A stretch of 64,000 bases of DNA from Stenotrophomonas sp. (GTDB taxonomy: Bacteria > Pseudomonadota > Gammaproteobacteria > Xanthomonadales > Xanthomonadaceae), in contig DAMCTY010000004.1 in NCBI GenBank assembly GCA_032112995.1, positions 27,335-91,334 of the forward strand. Reading direction: 5' to 3'. A program made the translations under genes and the position numbers. Shown piece after piece: positions 53,087-62,165 of this stretch (position 1 is the stretch's first letter; each line of letters starts with the position of its first letter). A model generated the notes under the pieces. It saw nothing but the letters and a program-made list of their open reading frames with translations. It searched no databases and was not told the DNA's origin.

Positions 53087-55834
53087 TCAACCGGCCGCCT
53101 TGGCCAACAGCAGCAGACCTTCCACCTTGCGCAACTCTGGCGAACCCTCGACCTGATGGCGCCTGAGCACCACTGCGGCGCGTGCCAACTCTTCCTTGGC
53201 GGCTGCCGGATCGCCAAATTGCAGCAGGGTTTCGGCCAGGCCCAGCCGGTAACCCGCTGTACTCAGGTTGTCCTCACCCAGCAGATGGCTTGCGTACTCC
53301 ACAGCCTGCTGGCGCAGGCGCAGGGCTTGGGCTCCTTCCTGCCGCCGTTGCGCCAATTCGGCGCGCACGCTGGGCAACTCGGCACGCAACTCCGCGGGCA
53401 TTTGGCCGGGAATCTGCGCAAGCAGTTGCTGCGCCTCGTTCAGCCGCCCCTGACCGATCAGCCAGCGGATCCACAACAATCTGACCTCCAGGCGACCCGG
53501 GGCATCGGCAGGCAGTGCCGCGGCCAATCCCTGGTCAGCATGGGCGATGTGCCCCCCCGCTTCCTCGGCCCGACCCAACCGCATCAGGATGCGCCCCATG
53601 CCCGTCTCGGCGCGCAGCGCCGTGGGTGAACTCGCCCCCAACTGACTGCTGCGGATTGTCCAGGCCTGGCGGTACATCCGGTAGGCCTGCGGCAGATCAC
53701 CGCGCAGCTCATAAAGAGAGCCATGATTGAACAGCCCCATCGAGTATCCGACGGACGTTTCGCCATCAATCGCAGCACTCAAGCGTTGCCGTTCGCGGAA
53801 CTGCTGTTCGGCGGCATCAAGATCCCCCATGTCGACGTACAGATCGGCAAGCGCATCATGCTGGGCCAGCATGAAGCCATTCTTGGCACCATACAGCCCC
53901 AATGCCTGCTGCTGCCCACGCTGCAACAATGCCAAGGCCTCGTTGAACTTGCCCTGCTCACGAAGTATCTGCGCCAGGTGAAGTTCAACGGTCAGGCTCA
54001 TGCTGGTGCGTCGACCATGCAGGCCCGCAAGTACCTGACGAAAGGCCTTTTCAGCCTCAGGTTGGTGGCCCCAACGCAGGTACATGAGACCCTGGTTGTA
54101 AAGCAGCTCATGCAACCGACCATCTTCGGGAGACAGATGGGAGACGCCATACAGGCGCTGTGCCTGCTCGAAATCCTGTTCCGCCGCATCAAACCGCTGC
54201 TGGCTCACCAGCGCCAGCGCTCTTGCCGCATGCAGCTTCGCCCGCACATCGCCCACCTCCCGCGCGGAGCCCAGCAGGACCAAGCCACGATCCGCAAGCT
54301 GCTGGCCCTGCGCACCGTTGCCGGCAGAAGTTTTCAAACGCGACAGATTGGCCAACACCCCTGCAGCATCCACCGGCCGGGCAACATCCGCACGCATGAA
54401 GCCTTCATAAGCCTGCTGCAGATTGCGCTCGGCCTCCATCGCCATGCCGGAGTTCTGGTAAGCCTGCCCGAGCACGGACTGCATCCTCGCCAACTGCCCA
54501 GGTGCATCCCGCAATTCACTGCCCACCTGCAAGGCAGCCTTGTCCAGCAACTGACGCGAGCTGAGCTCCTCCTGGCCGCGTTCGGTGCGCAGGAACGGAT
54601 CGGCGGTCTCAAACACGCCAATCATGAAATTGCTGACCTGCTGTGCGATTGCCGCCTCTTCTCGCGCCTGCCGGCGGCTCTGCACCAGCCCAAGGATGAA
54701 CAGCAGCAGCAGCGCAACCAGACCCAGGCCTGCGGCAAGTGCGCGCCAGTTGCGCCGCATGCGCTTGCCGAGCTGATACAGGCGCCCACCTGATCGTGCC
54801 ACCACCGCGCGCTTGTCCAGGTATCGGCGCAGATCGGCACGCAAGGCCTCCACCGAGCGATAGCGCTGCCTGGCATCCAACGCGCAGGCACGCGCCGCAA
54901 TGGCATCCAGATCACCCTTGAGATTTCTTCGCCACGCCAGGCCTTCGGCGGCGTTCTGGCTCGGCAACACCACCGGCACATCCACGTCCTGCGGCTCGCG
55001 CACGCATGGATGATCGGACAGCATCTCGACGAGCATCACGCCAAGGCTGTACACGTCACCCGCAGCACCCACTGTCTCACCACGGATCAACTCCGGGCTG
55101 GCATAGCTGGGTGTGCAATAGCCCGCGTCCGGCTTCGCGCGCGCCTCGTTGAGGATGCGGGCCAGGCCGAAATCCAGCAGTACCGGTTGGCCGCCAGGCA
55201 ACACCAGCACATTGGATGGCTTCAGGTCACAGTGCAGCACCAACTGCTCATGCGCGGCCTGTACCGTTGCGCATATCTCCAGAAACAGCAGTATGCGTTC
55301 ACGCAGCCCCAATCCACGCTGCTCGCACCAATTGTCCAGGCTGATGCCGTCGATGTACTCCATCACCAGATAGGGATGGCCCTCAGGCGTGGTGCCGCCG
55401 TCATAAAGCCGGGCAACATTGGGCAATTGCAGGTCTGCCAACACCTGCCGCTCCATACCCAAGCGTTCGACCTCGCCCTGGCCTGGCAGACCGTGCAGCA
55501 ACTTGATCGCGACCGTGCGCTGGTACAGACCATCGGCACGCTCAGCCTTGAACACCGTGCCCATGCCTCCCTGCGCAATACGCGCAGTCAGCCGCCACGG
55601 TCCAACCCGTTCGCCCACACCGAATTCCGGCGCCAGTGCCCGCGCCAATACCGTGTCCAGCCGGTTGCTGACCCTGCTCAGGCCCACGGTCTGTGAGCGC
55701 AGCAGCTGCAGCACCTCCTCGCGGATGTCCGCATCATCGCAAGCCGTTACCAGCGCCTGCTGCCATTGTTCACGCGGCAGCTCGCTGGTCGCATCGAACA
55801 GCTCCCTTACCTTGCGCCAGCGCTCCTCGGCCAT
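53087..55834 (-). CDS. membrane Ser/Thr protein kinase with large C-terminal TPR region
   Basis: ATG at 55834 (the track start at 55885 is GTG and overlaps the sigma gene). Hanks motifs: GGMGTVFKA, VAIKLL, HCDLKPSNVLV, DFGLA, YASPE. One TM (ALAAGLGLVALLLLFILGLV, ~54683-54745) followed by ~530 aa of TPR-like repeats. Confidence 0.88.
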   Translation of the reverse strand: MAEERWRKVRELFDATSELPREQWQQALVTACDDADIREEVLQLLRSQTVGLSRVSNRLDTVLARALAPEFGVGERVGPWRLTARIAQGGMGTVFKAERADGLYQRTVAIKLLHGLPGQGEVERLGMERQVLADLQLPNVARLYDGGTTPEGHPYLVMEYIDGISLDNWCEQRGLGLRERILLFLEICATVQAAHEQLVLHCDLKPSNVLVLPGGQPVLLDFGLARILNEARAKPDAGYCTPSYASPELIRGETVGAAGDVYSLGVMLVEMLSDHPCVREPQDVDVPVVLPSQNAAEGLAWRRNLKGDLDAIAARACALDARQRYRSVEALRADLRRYLDKRAVVARSGGRLYQLGKRMRRNWRALAAGLGLVALLLLFILGLVQSRRQAREEAAIAQQVSNFMIGVFETADPFLRTERGQEELSSRQLLDKAALQVGSELRDAPGQLARMQSVLGQAYQNSGMAMEAERNLQQAYEGFMRADVARPVDAAGVLANLSRLKTSAGNGAQGQQLADRGLVLLGSAREVGDVRAKLHAARALALVSQQRFDAAEQDFEQAQRLYGVSHLSPEDGRLHELLYNQGLMYLRWGHQPEAEKAFRQVLAGLHGRRTSMSLTVELHLAQILREQGKFNEALALLQRGQQQALGLYGAKNGFMLAQHDALADLYVDMGDLDAAEQQFRERQRLSAAIDGETSVGYSMGLFNHGSLYELRGDLPQAYRMYRQAWTIRSSQLGASSPTALRAETGMGRILMRLGRAEEAGGHIAHADQGLAAALPADAPGRLEVRLLWIRWLIGQGRLNEAQQLLAQIPGQMPAELRAELPSVRAELAQRRQEGAQALRLRQQAVEYASHLLGEDNLSTAGYRLGLAETLLQFGDPAAAKEELARAAVVLRRHQVEGSPELRKVEGLLLLAKAAG

Positions 55835-55860
55835 AGCCCCCCCCGATGCCAATCCCGCGG

Positions 55861-56454
55861 CTAACGCAGCTGCCGATTCAACCACGCCCGCGCGAAGCGC
55901 AGGTCACGGTCAACGGTTGGCGCGGACACGCCCAGCACCAGGGCGATCTCATCACGCTGCATGCCGCCGAAGTACGTCAGCTCGATCGTGCTCGCCGCAC
56001 GCGGCTCCATTTCGGCCAACTGATTCAACGCCTGGTGCAGGGCCAGCACGTCATAGCCGATATTGCTCTCTTCATAGGCCTGATCGGCGTGCGACAACGT
56101 CAGTTGCTCTACCCCGGCGCCGCGCTTGCCGGCAGCCCGGGCGCGCAGGTGGTCGACCAGCACCGACCGCATCTTCAGCGCGGCGATGGCCACGAAATGG
56201 GTGCGATCCTTGTACTCGGCGTCACTGCCGAGCAGGCGCATCAAGGACTCGTTGACCAGAGCTGCGGGCTGCAGGGTACCGTTGGTCTGCTGGGACAGAC
56301 GGTTGCGGGCAAGCTGCATCAGGTCCGAATACATGGCTTCGAACAAGTGCTCGCGCGCCTGCATGTCGCCTTGCTGCCAGCGATGCAGGAGTTGGGTGAT
56401 CTGCTGCCTGCTCAATGCTGCTCCCGCGTAACGGCCTGTGCCCCGTCCGGCCAA
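55861..56454 (-). CDS. ECF-type RNA polymerase sigma factor (Sigma70_ECF / kinase-associated type)
   Basis: Motifs: ITQLLHRWQQGD..A...L, HFVAIAALKMRSVLVDHLRARAAGKRG, and region 4 IALVLGVSAPTVDRDLRFARAWL. There is no in-frame ATG before ITQLL. Candidate starts are TTG at 56454 (track) or TTG at 56415, the latter preceded by GGGAG 5 nt upstream and preferred by me. Confidence 0.82.
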   Translation of the reverse strand: MAGRGTGRYAGAALSRQQITQLLHRWQQGDMQAREHLFEAMYSDLMQLARNRLSQQTNGTLQPAALVNESLMRLLGSDAEYKDRTHFVAIAALKMRSVLVDHLRARAAGKRGAGVEQLTLSHADQAYEESNIGYDVLALHQALNQLAEMEPRAASTIELTYFGGMQRDEIALVLGVSAPTVDRDLRFARAWLNRQLR

Positions 56455-56477
56455 CCGCGCCGGAACCTATCCAGCCA

Positions 56478-56506
56478 ATGGTAGGACCCTGACCTCTTAC
56501 TGCCAA
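56478..56506 (-). promoter_or_regulatory. sigma70-like promoter candidate for the ECF sigma gene
   Basis: On the minus strand: TTGGCA (56506-56501), 17-nt spacer, TACCAT (56483-56478). It lies between the tRNA terminator and the sigma start. Hexamer matches only. Confidence 0.3.
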
Positions 56507-56558
56507 CTGTACCTGCTGGCGTGCGGCGCGTGCGCGACAGCGCCCCCAAGGCGGCAAC

Positions 56559-56586
56559 AAAAAAGGCCCCGGATCGCTCCGGAGCC
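56559..56586 (-). terminator. rho-independent terminator of tRNA-Lys
   Basis: Minus-strand RNA: GGCUCCGG-AGCGAU-CCGGGGCC (8-bp stem including one G-U pair) followed by UUUUUUGUUG. It starts 10 nt after the tRNA CCA end. Confidence 0.8.
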
Positions 56587-56596
56587 TTTGCAGTAT

Positions 56597-56672
56597 TGGT
56601 GGGCCGTGAAGGATTCGAACCTTCGACCAAAAGATTAAAAGTCTTCTGCTCTACCGACTGAGCTAACGGCCC
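56597..56672 (-). tRNA. tRNA-Lys (anticodon UUU), CCA encoded
   Basis: Reverse complement: GGGCCGTTAGCTCAGTCGGTAGAGCAGAAGACTTTTAATCTTTTGGTCGAAGGTTCGAATCCTTCACGGCCCACCA. It folds as a 7-bp acceptor, a GCTC/GAGC D-stem, an anticodon loop CTTTTAA, a T-loop TTCGAAT and 76 nt total. Track ORF 56412..56678 across it is spurious. Confidence 0.95.
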
Positions 56673-56681
56673 AAACAAAGA

Positions 56682-56697
56682 CCCGGCCGCAGCCGGG
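56682..56697 (-). terminator. hairpin plus U-rich tract after queC
   Basis: CCCGGC (56682-87) pairs with GCCGGG (56692-97), with a 4-nt loop. On the minus strand it is followed by UCUUUGUUU, immediately before the tRNA 5' end. It could be a queC terminator or a tRNA leader structure. Confidence 0.35.
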
Positions 56698-56733
56698 GCG
56701 CGTATTCTACCCCATCATTCGCAAAATCGGAAT

Positions 56734-57402
56734 TCAGACGTAATGCGTGGGGTCGGCGAGGCCGGCGGCGCGGAAGCCGTCGGCGCGCAGCTGGCAGGCA
56801 TCGCAGTGGCCACAGGCCCGGCCATCCATGTCGGCCTGGTAGCAGGACACGGTCAAGCCGAAGTCCACCCCCAGGCGCTGGCCCTCGGCGGCGATCTGTG
56901 CCTTGCTCAGGTATTGCAGCGGCGCATGCACGTTGATGCCGGCGCCCTCGACACCGGCCTTGGTGGCCAGGTTGGCCAGGGCCTGGAAGGCGGCGATGAA
57001 CTCGGGGCGGCAATCCGGGTAGCCCGAATAGTCCACGGCGTTGACGCCACAGAAGATGTCATTGGCGCCCAGCACCTCGGCCCAGCCCAGCGCCAGTGAC
57101 AGCATGATGGTGTTGCGGGCTGGCACGTAGGTCACCGGAATGCCGGCGCCACCCGCCTCGGGCACGTCGATGTCATCAGTCAGCGCCGAGCCGCCGATGC
57201 TGCGCAGGTCCACGTCCACCACTTTGTGGCCGGCCACGCCCAGGGCGCTGGCCACGCGCTTGGCCGCTTCCAGTTCGGAGGTATGGCGCTGGCCGTAGCG
57301 CACGCTCATGGCGTATACCTCGAAGCCCTGTTCCTGGGCCATGGCGACGACGGCGGCAGAGTCCATGCCGCCGGAAAGAAGCACGACTGCTTTCTTCTTC
57401 AT
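56734..57402 (-). CDS. queC: 7-cyano-7-deazaguanine synthase
   Basis: Track ORF trimmed to the ATG at 57402 (M54). [17 protein letters not shown] (PP-loop SGGxDS). C-terminal zinc Cys cluster CG.C..C..R ([13 protein letters not shown]). Confidence 0.93.
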   Translation of the reverse strand: MKKKAVVLLSGGMDSAAVVAMAQEQGFEVYAMSVRYGQRHTSELEAAKRVASALGVAGHKVVDVDLRSIGGSALTDDIDVPEAGGAGIPVTYVPARNTIMLSLALGWAEVLGANDIFCGVNAVDYSGYPDCRPEFIAAFQALANLATKAGVEGAGINVHAPLQYLSKAQIAAEGQRLGVDFGLTVSCYQADMDGRACGHCDACQLRADGFRAAGLADPTHYV

Positions 57403-57479
57403 TGTTGCGTTCCGGTTGGGAGAGGAATGCCAGCACGCTGTCCCGCGCCGGGGTAAACGATCGGGGCGAGGCCGCCGGC

Positions 57480-58175
57480 TCAATAGCCGGGCGCGTCGTC
57501 CCACAGCAATTTGTGCAGCTGCATCTGGAAGCGCACCGGCAGGCGGTCGGCGACGATCCAATCGGCCAGTTCACGCGGGCTGAGCTGCGATTTGCTGGGC
57601 GAGAACAACACCATGCAGCGCGCCGCAAGCGCATGCTCGGCCAGCATCTGCTTGGCCCAGTCGTAATCAGCGCGGCTGCAGATCACGAACTTGAGCTGGT
57701 CGCGTGCGGTCAGCAACGGGATGTTCTGCAGCCGGTTGCGGGCCATTTCGCGCGAATCAGGGGTCTTCAGGTCGACCACGCGTGACACGCGCGGATCCAC
57801 CGCAGCAATGTCCAGCGCACCGGAAGTTTCCAGCGACACATCCAAGCCGGCATCGCACAGCTTCTGCAGCAGGATAAGGCAGCGCTTCTGCGCCAGCGGC
57901 TCGCCGCCGGTCACGCAGACATGACGCACGCCCTGCTTGAGCACCTCGGCGACGATGTCGTCGATGTCCCACCAGTCGCCGCCATGGAAGGCGTACTCGG
58001 TATCGCAGTACTGGCAACGCAGCGGGCAGCCGGTAAGGCGCACGAACACGGTCGGCCAGCCAGCGGTATCGGCTTCGCCCTGCAGGGACAGGAAGATTTC
58101 AGTGATTTTCAATCGCGGCAACGGCGATTGCACAATCTCGCTGGGAACAGCGGCGCTGGGAGAATTCATAGTCAT
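57480..58175 (-). CDS. queE: 7-carboxy-7-deazaguanine synthase (radical SAM)
   Basis: Motifs: [18 protein letters not shown] and [19 protein letters not shown] (CxxxCxxC-like cluster). ATG at 58175, with 58169 as an alternative; the track start at 58184 is GTG. Confidence 0.9.
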   Translation of the reverse strand: MTMNSPSAAVPSEIVQSPLPRLKITEIFLSLQGEADTAGWPTVFVRLTGCPLRCQYCDTEYAFHGGDWWDIDDIVAEVLKQGVRHVCVTGGEPLAQKRCLILLQKLCDAGLDVSLETSGALDIAAVDPRVSRVVDLKTPDSREMARNRLQNIPLLTARDQLKFVICSRADYDWAKQMLAEHALAARCMVLFSPSKSQLSPRELADWIVADRLPVRFQMQLHKLLWDDAPGY

Positions 58176-58202
58176 TGGCCGCACCGTCGGTGCGGCACCA
58201 CA

Positions 58203-59012
58203 TCAACGCAGCTGCTGGCCGAGCCGGATCGACTGCAAACGATCCTGGGCGGTACGGGCCGCATCACTGCCGGGAAAACGGGAAACAACCTGCTCCAGGG
58301 TCTGCTGCGCCTGTGCGCTGTTGCCTTCACCAAACTGCGACAGGCCAAGCTTCAGCAAACCGCCGGCAGCCTTGTCGTGGGTGGGATAGCGGGCAACCAG
58401 ATCGCTGAACTGAGCCTCGGCCATCTTGAAATTACGCGTTGCGTAGAAGCTCTCACCCAGCCAATACAAGGCATTGGGGGTGTAGGCCGCATTGGGGTAC
58501 AGCTCGAGGAAGCTCTGGAACAACTGCGCCGAGTCGGCGTAATTGCCGGCCTTCAGCGCGTCAAACGCCACGTTGTAGGCCGCACGCTCGTCACCGGCCG
58601 AGGCCAGCGAGCCGGCATCGCCCCGCACCGTTGGCGGACGTTCGGCAGCAGCCGCTGTCGGCTTTGCGGCCGCAGCGGCGGGCGTCGCCGCGCCAGAAAC
58701 CGGAGCCTCAGTGCCGCCGTTACCACCTTCGAGGCGGTTCAGGCGACCATCCAGGTCCAGGTACTGATCGCGATTACGCTGCTTCAGCTGCTCGTTCTCA
58801 TGCTGAAGCTGCTCGATCGTGCCCTGCAACGCCTGCATCTCAGTACGCAGCTGCTGCAGCTGATTGAGCATGTCGGTATTGGCCTGGCTGTTGTTGACCT
58901 GCGTTTCCAGCACGCCAACCCGATCCGCCAGACTTGCCCGCTGCGCATACGCGGGCGCGGCAGCCCCAAGGGCTGCCGCGGCCACGAGCATCAGTTTGAG
59001 GCTGATGCGCAT
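58203..59012 (-). CDS. cpoB: cell-division coordinator CpoB (YbgF), Tol-Pal associated
   Basis: Signal peptide, an N-terminal coiled coil (LNQLQQLRTEMQALQGTIEQLQHENEQLKQR), and a C-terminal TPR block (YPNAAYTPNALYWLGESFY, YPTHDKAAGGLLKLG). Confidence 0.9.
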   Translation of the reverse strand: MRISLKLMLVAAAALGAAAPAYAQRASLADRVGVLETQVNNSQANTDMLNQLQQLRTEMQALQGTIEQLQHENEQLKQRNRDQYLDLDGRLNRLEGGNGGTEAPVSGAATPAAAAAKPTAAAAERPPTVRGDAGSLASAGDERAAYNVAFDALKAGNYADSAQLFQSFLELYPNAAYTPNALYWLGESFYATRNFKMAEAQFSDLVARYPTHDKAAGGLLKLGLSQFGEGNSAQAQQTLEQVVSRFPGSDAARTAQDRLQSIRLGQQLR

Positions 59013-59015
59013 CGA

Positions 59016-59534
59016 TTACTGCGCGGTGTAGACGATTTCGACGCGACGGTTCTGCGACCAGCAGGACTCGTTCGACTCGGTGCAGACCGGACGCTCTTCA
59101 CCGTAGGACACGACGGTCAGCTGCGAAGCCGAGCCACCGTTGGCCTGCAGTGCCGAGTTCACGGCATTGCCACGACGCTCGCCCAGGGCCTGGTTGTAGG
59201 CACGGCTGCCGCGCTCGTCGGTGTGGCCCTGCAGGGTGATGCGCGAGGACGGACGGTCACGCAGGTACTTGGCGTGGCAAGCCATGATGGCCTGGAATTC
59301 CGGCTTCACGGTGTCCTGGTCCAGGTCGAAGTAGACAACGCGCTGGCGCAGGCAAGCGTCGGTGTCCAGATCGCCCGGGCCGTACAGGCCGGAGGTGGAC
59401 GGGCCGGTCGGCTGGGTGGTCGAACCGGTATCAACCGGCGGCTGCGCCGGCTGTTCCTTGACCTTCTTCGAGCAGCCAGCCAGCGCGGCTACGGACAGCA
59501 GCGAAACGAGCAAAACACGAGTGGACTTGTTCAT
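59016..59534 (-). CDS. pal: peptidoglycan-associated lipoprotein Pal
   Basis: Track ORF trimmed to the ATG at 59534. Lipobox LAGCSKK. OmpA-like C-terminus (YFDLDQDTV, LQGHTDERGSRAYNQALGERRG, NRRVEIVY). Confidence 0.93.
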   Translation of the reverse strand: MNKSTRVLLVSLLSVAALAGCSKKVKEQPAQPPVDTGSTTQPTGPSTSGLYGPGDLDTDACLRQRVVYFDLDQDTVKPEFQAIMACHAKYLRDRPSSRITLQGHTDERGSRAYNQALGERRGNAVNSALQANGGSASQLTVVSYGEERPVCTESNESCWSQNRRVEIVYTAQ

Positions 59535-59598
59535 GGCTATACCTAAAGGCTCCTGGGCCAATGTTGGGTTTTAATGCGACTGGGATATTAACATTTTC

Positions 59599-60915
59599 TC
59601 AACGCGCGGTGCGGTATGGGCCCCACGCGGGTTCCCGGACATCACCATCAGCAAGTACAAGGCGCTGACGCACACGGCCATCAGCAGATACTTCATACAG
59701 CACCCCACGCCCGCCTTCGCGGGCGGCGTACAACACCATGCTCGCGTTGGGGGCAAAGCTGGGCGATTCGTCCAGCGAGCCCGGCGACAGCGTGCTCCAG
59801 CGCGGCGCGCCCAGGCTGCTGTCCATCATCGCGATCTTATAGCTGCTGCCAGCGCCCTGCGCAACGGCGATTTTCTTGCCGTCATAGGAAACGCTGGCCT
59901 TGGCATTGTAGTTGCCCTGGAAGGTCACCCGGTTGGCGCTGCCGCCGCTGGAGGAGACCTGGTAGATCTGCGGGCGACCGCCACGGTCGGAGGTGAAATA
60001 GACCGAACCGCCATCAGCCGACCAGGTTGGCTCGGTGTCGATGCCGAAGTGGTTGGTGAGCTGGGTCAGCTGCTTGCTGCCCAGGTCCATCACGTAGATT
60101 TCCGGGTTGCCGCTGCGCGACAGGGCCAGCGCCAGACGGCGGCCATCGGGCGAGAACGACGGCGCGCTGTTGATGCCACGGAAGCTGGTCAGCAGCTCAC
60201 GGCCACCGGTGGCGATGTCCTGCACATAGATCGACGAGTTGCCGCGTTCGAAGCTGACATAAGCCAGCTTGCGGCCGTCCGGGCTCCAGCTCGGCGACAG
60301 CAGCGGCTCGGCCGAACGCACGATGGTCTGCGGGTTGTAGCCATCGGAATCAGCCACCATCAGCGCATAGCGCATGTTGGCGCCGCTGCCGCTGGCGGTG
60401 ATGTAGGCAATGCGCGTCCAGAAGGCGCCGCGCACACCGGTGATTTTTTCGTAGATGGCATCGGCCATCTGGTGGGCCACGTCACGCATGGCGTTGGAAC
60501 GGGCAGTCATTGCCAGGCCCAGCATGCGCTCGCCCTTGGCCACGTCGAACAGCTCGTATTCCACGCGGTAGGCGCCAGCACCGGCATCGAGCACGCGGCC
60601 GACGACCAGATAGTCCTGCTTGAGCGCACGCCAGGTGGGGTATTGCACCTCACTGCCGCGGGTCGGGCGCTCAACGATCTGGGCTTCGGGCAGATTGCGG
60701 AACTGGCCCGAACGGTCCAGGTCGGCACGCACCACGGCAGCCACGTCGGTATTGGGCGCGGACGCCCCCTGGTAAGGCATCGGCACCACGGTGATCGGGG
60801 TGGCCGAGGCGTTGCCGCCGATGATGTCGATTTCCAGACCCTTCTGCTGCGCCATGGCCGCCAACGGCAGCATCAGGGCAGTAAGGGCAAGCAGCCAGCG
60901 AGGCAATTTCTTCAT
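59599..60915 (-). CDS. tolB: Tol-Pal system periplasmic beta-propeller protein TolB
   Basis: Track ORF trimmed to the ATG at 60915 ([23 protein letters not shown]). Repeated propeller blades are visible ([45 protein letters not shown]). Confidence 0.93.
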   Translation of the reverse strand: MKKLPRWLLALTALMLPLAAMAQQKGLEIDIIGGNASATPITVVPMPYQGASAPNTDVAAVVRADLDRSGQFRNLPEAQIVERPTRGSEVQYPTWRALKQDYLVVGRVLDAGAGAYRVEYELFDVAKGERMLGLAMTARSNAMRDVAHQMADAIYEKITGVRGAFWTRIAYITASGSGANMRYALMVADSDGYNPQTIVRSAEPLLSPSWSPDGRKLAYVSFERGNSSIYVQDIATGGRELLTSFRGINSAPSFSPDGRRLALALSRSGNPEIYVMDLGSKQLTQLTNHFGIDTEPTWSADGGSVYFTSDRGGRPQIYQVSSSGGSANRVTFQGNYNAKASVSYDGKKIAVAQGAGSSYKIAMMDSSLGAPRWSTLSPGSLDESPSFAPNASMVLYAAREGGRGVLYEVSADGRVRQRLVLADGDVREPAWGPYRTAR

Positions 60916-61058
60916 GGGGCGCTCAGCAGTACGAATGAAGAGGGATAAAGAGGGATAGCAGCAACGGGATGAACATTTTCGCAATCGTGAACGAAGGATG
61001 CGTGAAATCCAGCCCCCAGCGGCAAGACTAGCCCATTAAATTCAGTTTCCAACGAAAC

Positions 61059-61082
61059 AACCCGCCTGCAGACAGACGGGTT
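61059..61082 (-). terminator. hairpin after tolA
   Basis: AACCCG (61059-64) pairs with CGGGTT (61077-82), with a 12-nt loop, 10 nt after the tolA stop. On the minus strand it is followed by GUUUCGUUGG. The stem is weak. Confidence 0.3.
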
Positions 61083-61091
61083 GGTGCGGCA

Positions 61092-62165
61092 TCAACGATC
61101 CTGCGCCTCGAAGTTGAAATTCAGGTTGCGCTGGAACACCGACTCGTAGCCGCGGTACGGCAGCGGCTGGGCGCGCAGCACCGCGGCTTCCACCGAGCGT
61201 TTGCCGGCTTCGTCATACGGGCAACCCGGGGCGAACTCGACGCTGACCACTTCACCGCCGGGCAACTGGCGGATGGTCAGGCGGCAACGCTGGCCACGCG
61301 GGATCGAATCCGGACGGACCCATTGATTGAGCACGGCCTGCTGGATGGCGGCGGCGTACTTGGCGGTCAGGTCATTGCTGGTACCGCCCTGCCCCGGCGA
61401 TGGCGTGCTGGGGCCGCTGCTACCGCTGCTGGTGGCGCTTGCCTGCGCACGGGCGCGGGCATCGGCCACCTGGCGCAGGCGCTGCTCGGCCAGCTTGGCC
61501 TCACGCTCGGCCTGTTCGCGCTTGCGGCGGATCTCTGCGATCTTCTGCTGGCGTTCCTGCTCGGCACGGGCCTCGGTGGCCTGGCGCTGCTGGTCGGCCA
61601 GCTTCTTCTGGCGGTCGGCCTCTTCCTGCTGCTTGGCCAGGCGCAGTTTCTGCTCGGCCTCTTCCACGCGCTTGCGCTCGGTCAGGTCGATCTGCTCCTG
61701 GCGACGTTTGGCTTCCTGCTCCTGCTTGGCCTTTTCCTGCGAGATGGCCAGTGCGCTGACCCGCTCCTGGTCAACCGTATCCGGCTGGGCAATGCGCTCC
61801 TGCGCGTTGTGCTGCTGCGGGGTCGGCGCATCCTGGGGCTTGGGCTCGGGGATGGGCTGCGGCGGCGGCACGGTGTCTTCCGGCACCGGCTCGGGCTGTA
61901 CTTCTTCCAGCGGCTCGGGCAGGTCCGGCAGTTTCTCGGAGGCACGCAGGGCCTGCCGCGCGGCCGAGGCTTCGGCGGCGGACAGCTGCATATTGGCTTC
62001 CAGCGCGGGATCGCCGGCGGCCGCCTCGGTATTGCGCGCAGGCGACCACAACCAGGCCGCGATGAAGATCGCCGCCACCAGCAAGTGCACCAGCAGGGCC
62101 AGTACGACCGGCAGGCCCCACTCGTTGCGGTGGTCGGGCGGCGGTGGCAGTGCGTCAGCGTGCAT
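61092..62165 (-). CDS. tolA: cell-envelope integrity protein TolA
   Basis: N-terminal TM (LPVVLALLVHLLVAAIFIAAWLW), a long Lys/Glu/Ala/Gln-rich helical domain, and a C-terminal TolA-III-like domain. The ATG at 62165 overlaps the tolR end by 11 nt. Confidence 0.9.
   Translation of the reverse strand: MHADALPPPPDHRNEWGLPVVLALLVHLLVAAIFIAAWLWSPARNTEAAAGDPALEANMQLSAAEASAARQALRASEKLPDLPEPLEEVQPEPVPEDTVPPPQPIPEPKPQDAPTPQQHNAQERIAQPDTVDQERVSALAISQEKAKQEQEAKRRQEQIDLTERKRVEEAEQKLRLAKQQEEADRQKKLADQQRQATEARAEQERQQKIAEIRRKREQAEREAKLAEQRLRQVADARARAQASATSSGSSGPSTPSPGQGGTSNDLTAKYAAAIQQAVLNQWVRPDSIPRGQRCRLTIRQLPGGEVVSVEFAPGCPYDEAGKRSVEAAVLRAQPLPYRGYESVFQRNLNFNFEAQDR

Noticed and set aside
29599-56596. Classical integrative island with integrase and att repeats at tRNA-Lys.
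   Set aside because: No integrase, transposase or phage gene is in the block, and I could not spot a copy of the tRNA 3' end near 29.6 kb. I kept only 'island-like position' as an inference.
56412-56678. 88-aa ORF overlapping tRNA-Lys.
   Set aside because: It is the in-frame read-through of a canonical 76-nt tRNA cloverleaf and its terminator.
56704-56732. Sigma70-like hexamers TTCCGA-N17-TAGAAT (minus strand) between the queC stop and tRNA-Lys.
   Set aside because: They lie upstream of a terminator-like hairpin (56682-56697) that precedes the tRNA. The two readings, tRNA promoter and queC terminator, conflict, and neither can be settled without TSS or 3'-end data.
58178-58196. Hairpin GCCGCAC-cgtcg-GTGCGGC between the cpoB stop and the queE start.
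   Set aside because: A 7-bp stem without a U-tract in a 27-nt intergenic spacer. It may be an RNA processing or attenuation element, but there is nothing to support a call.
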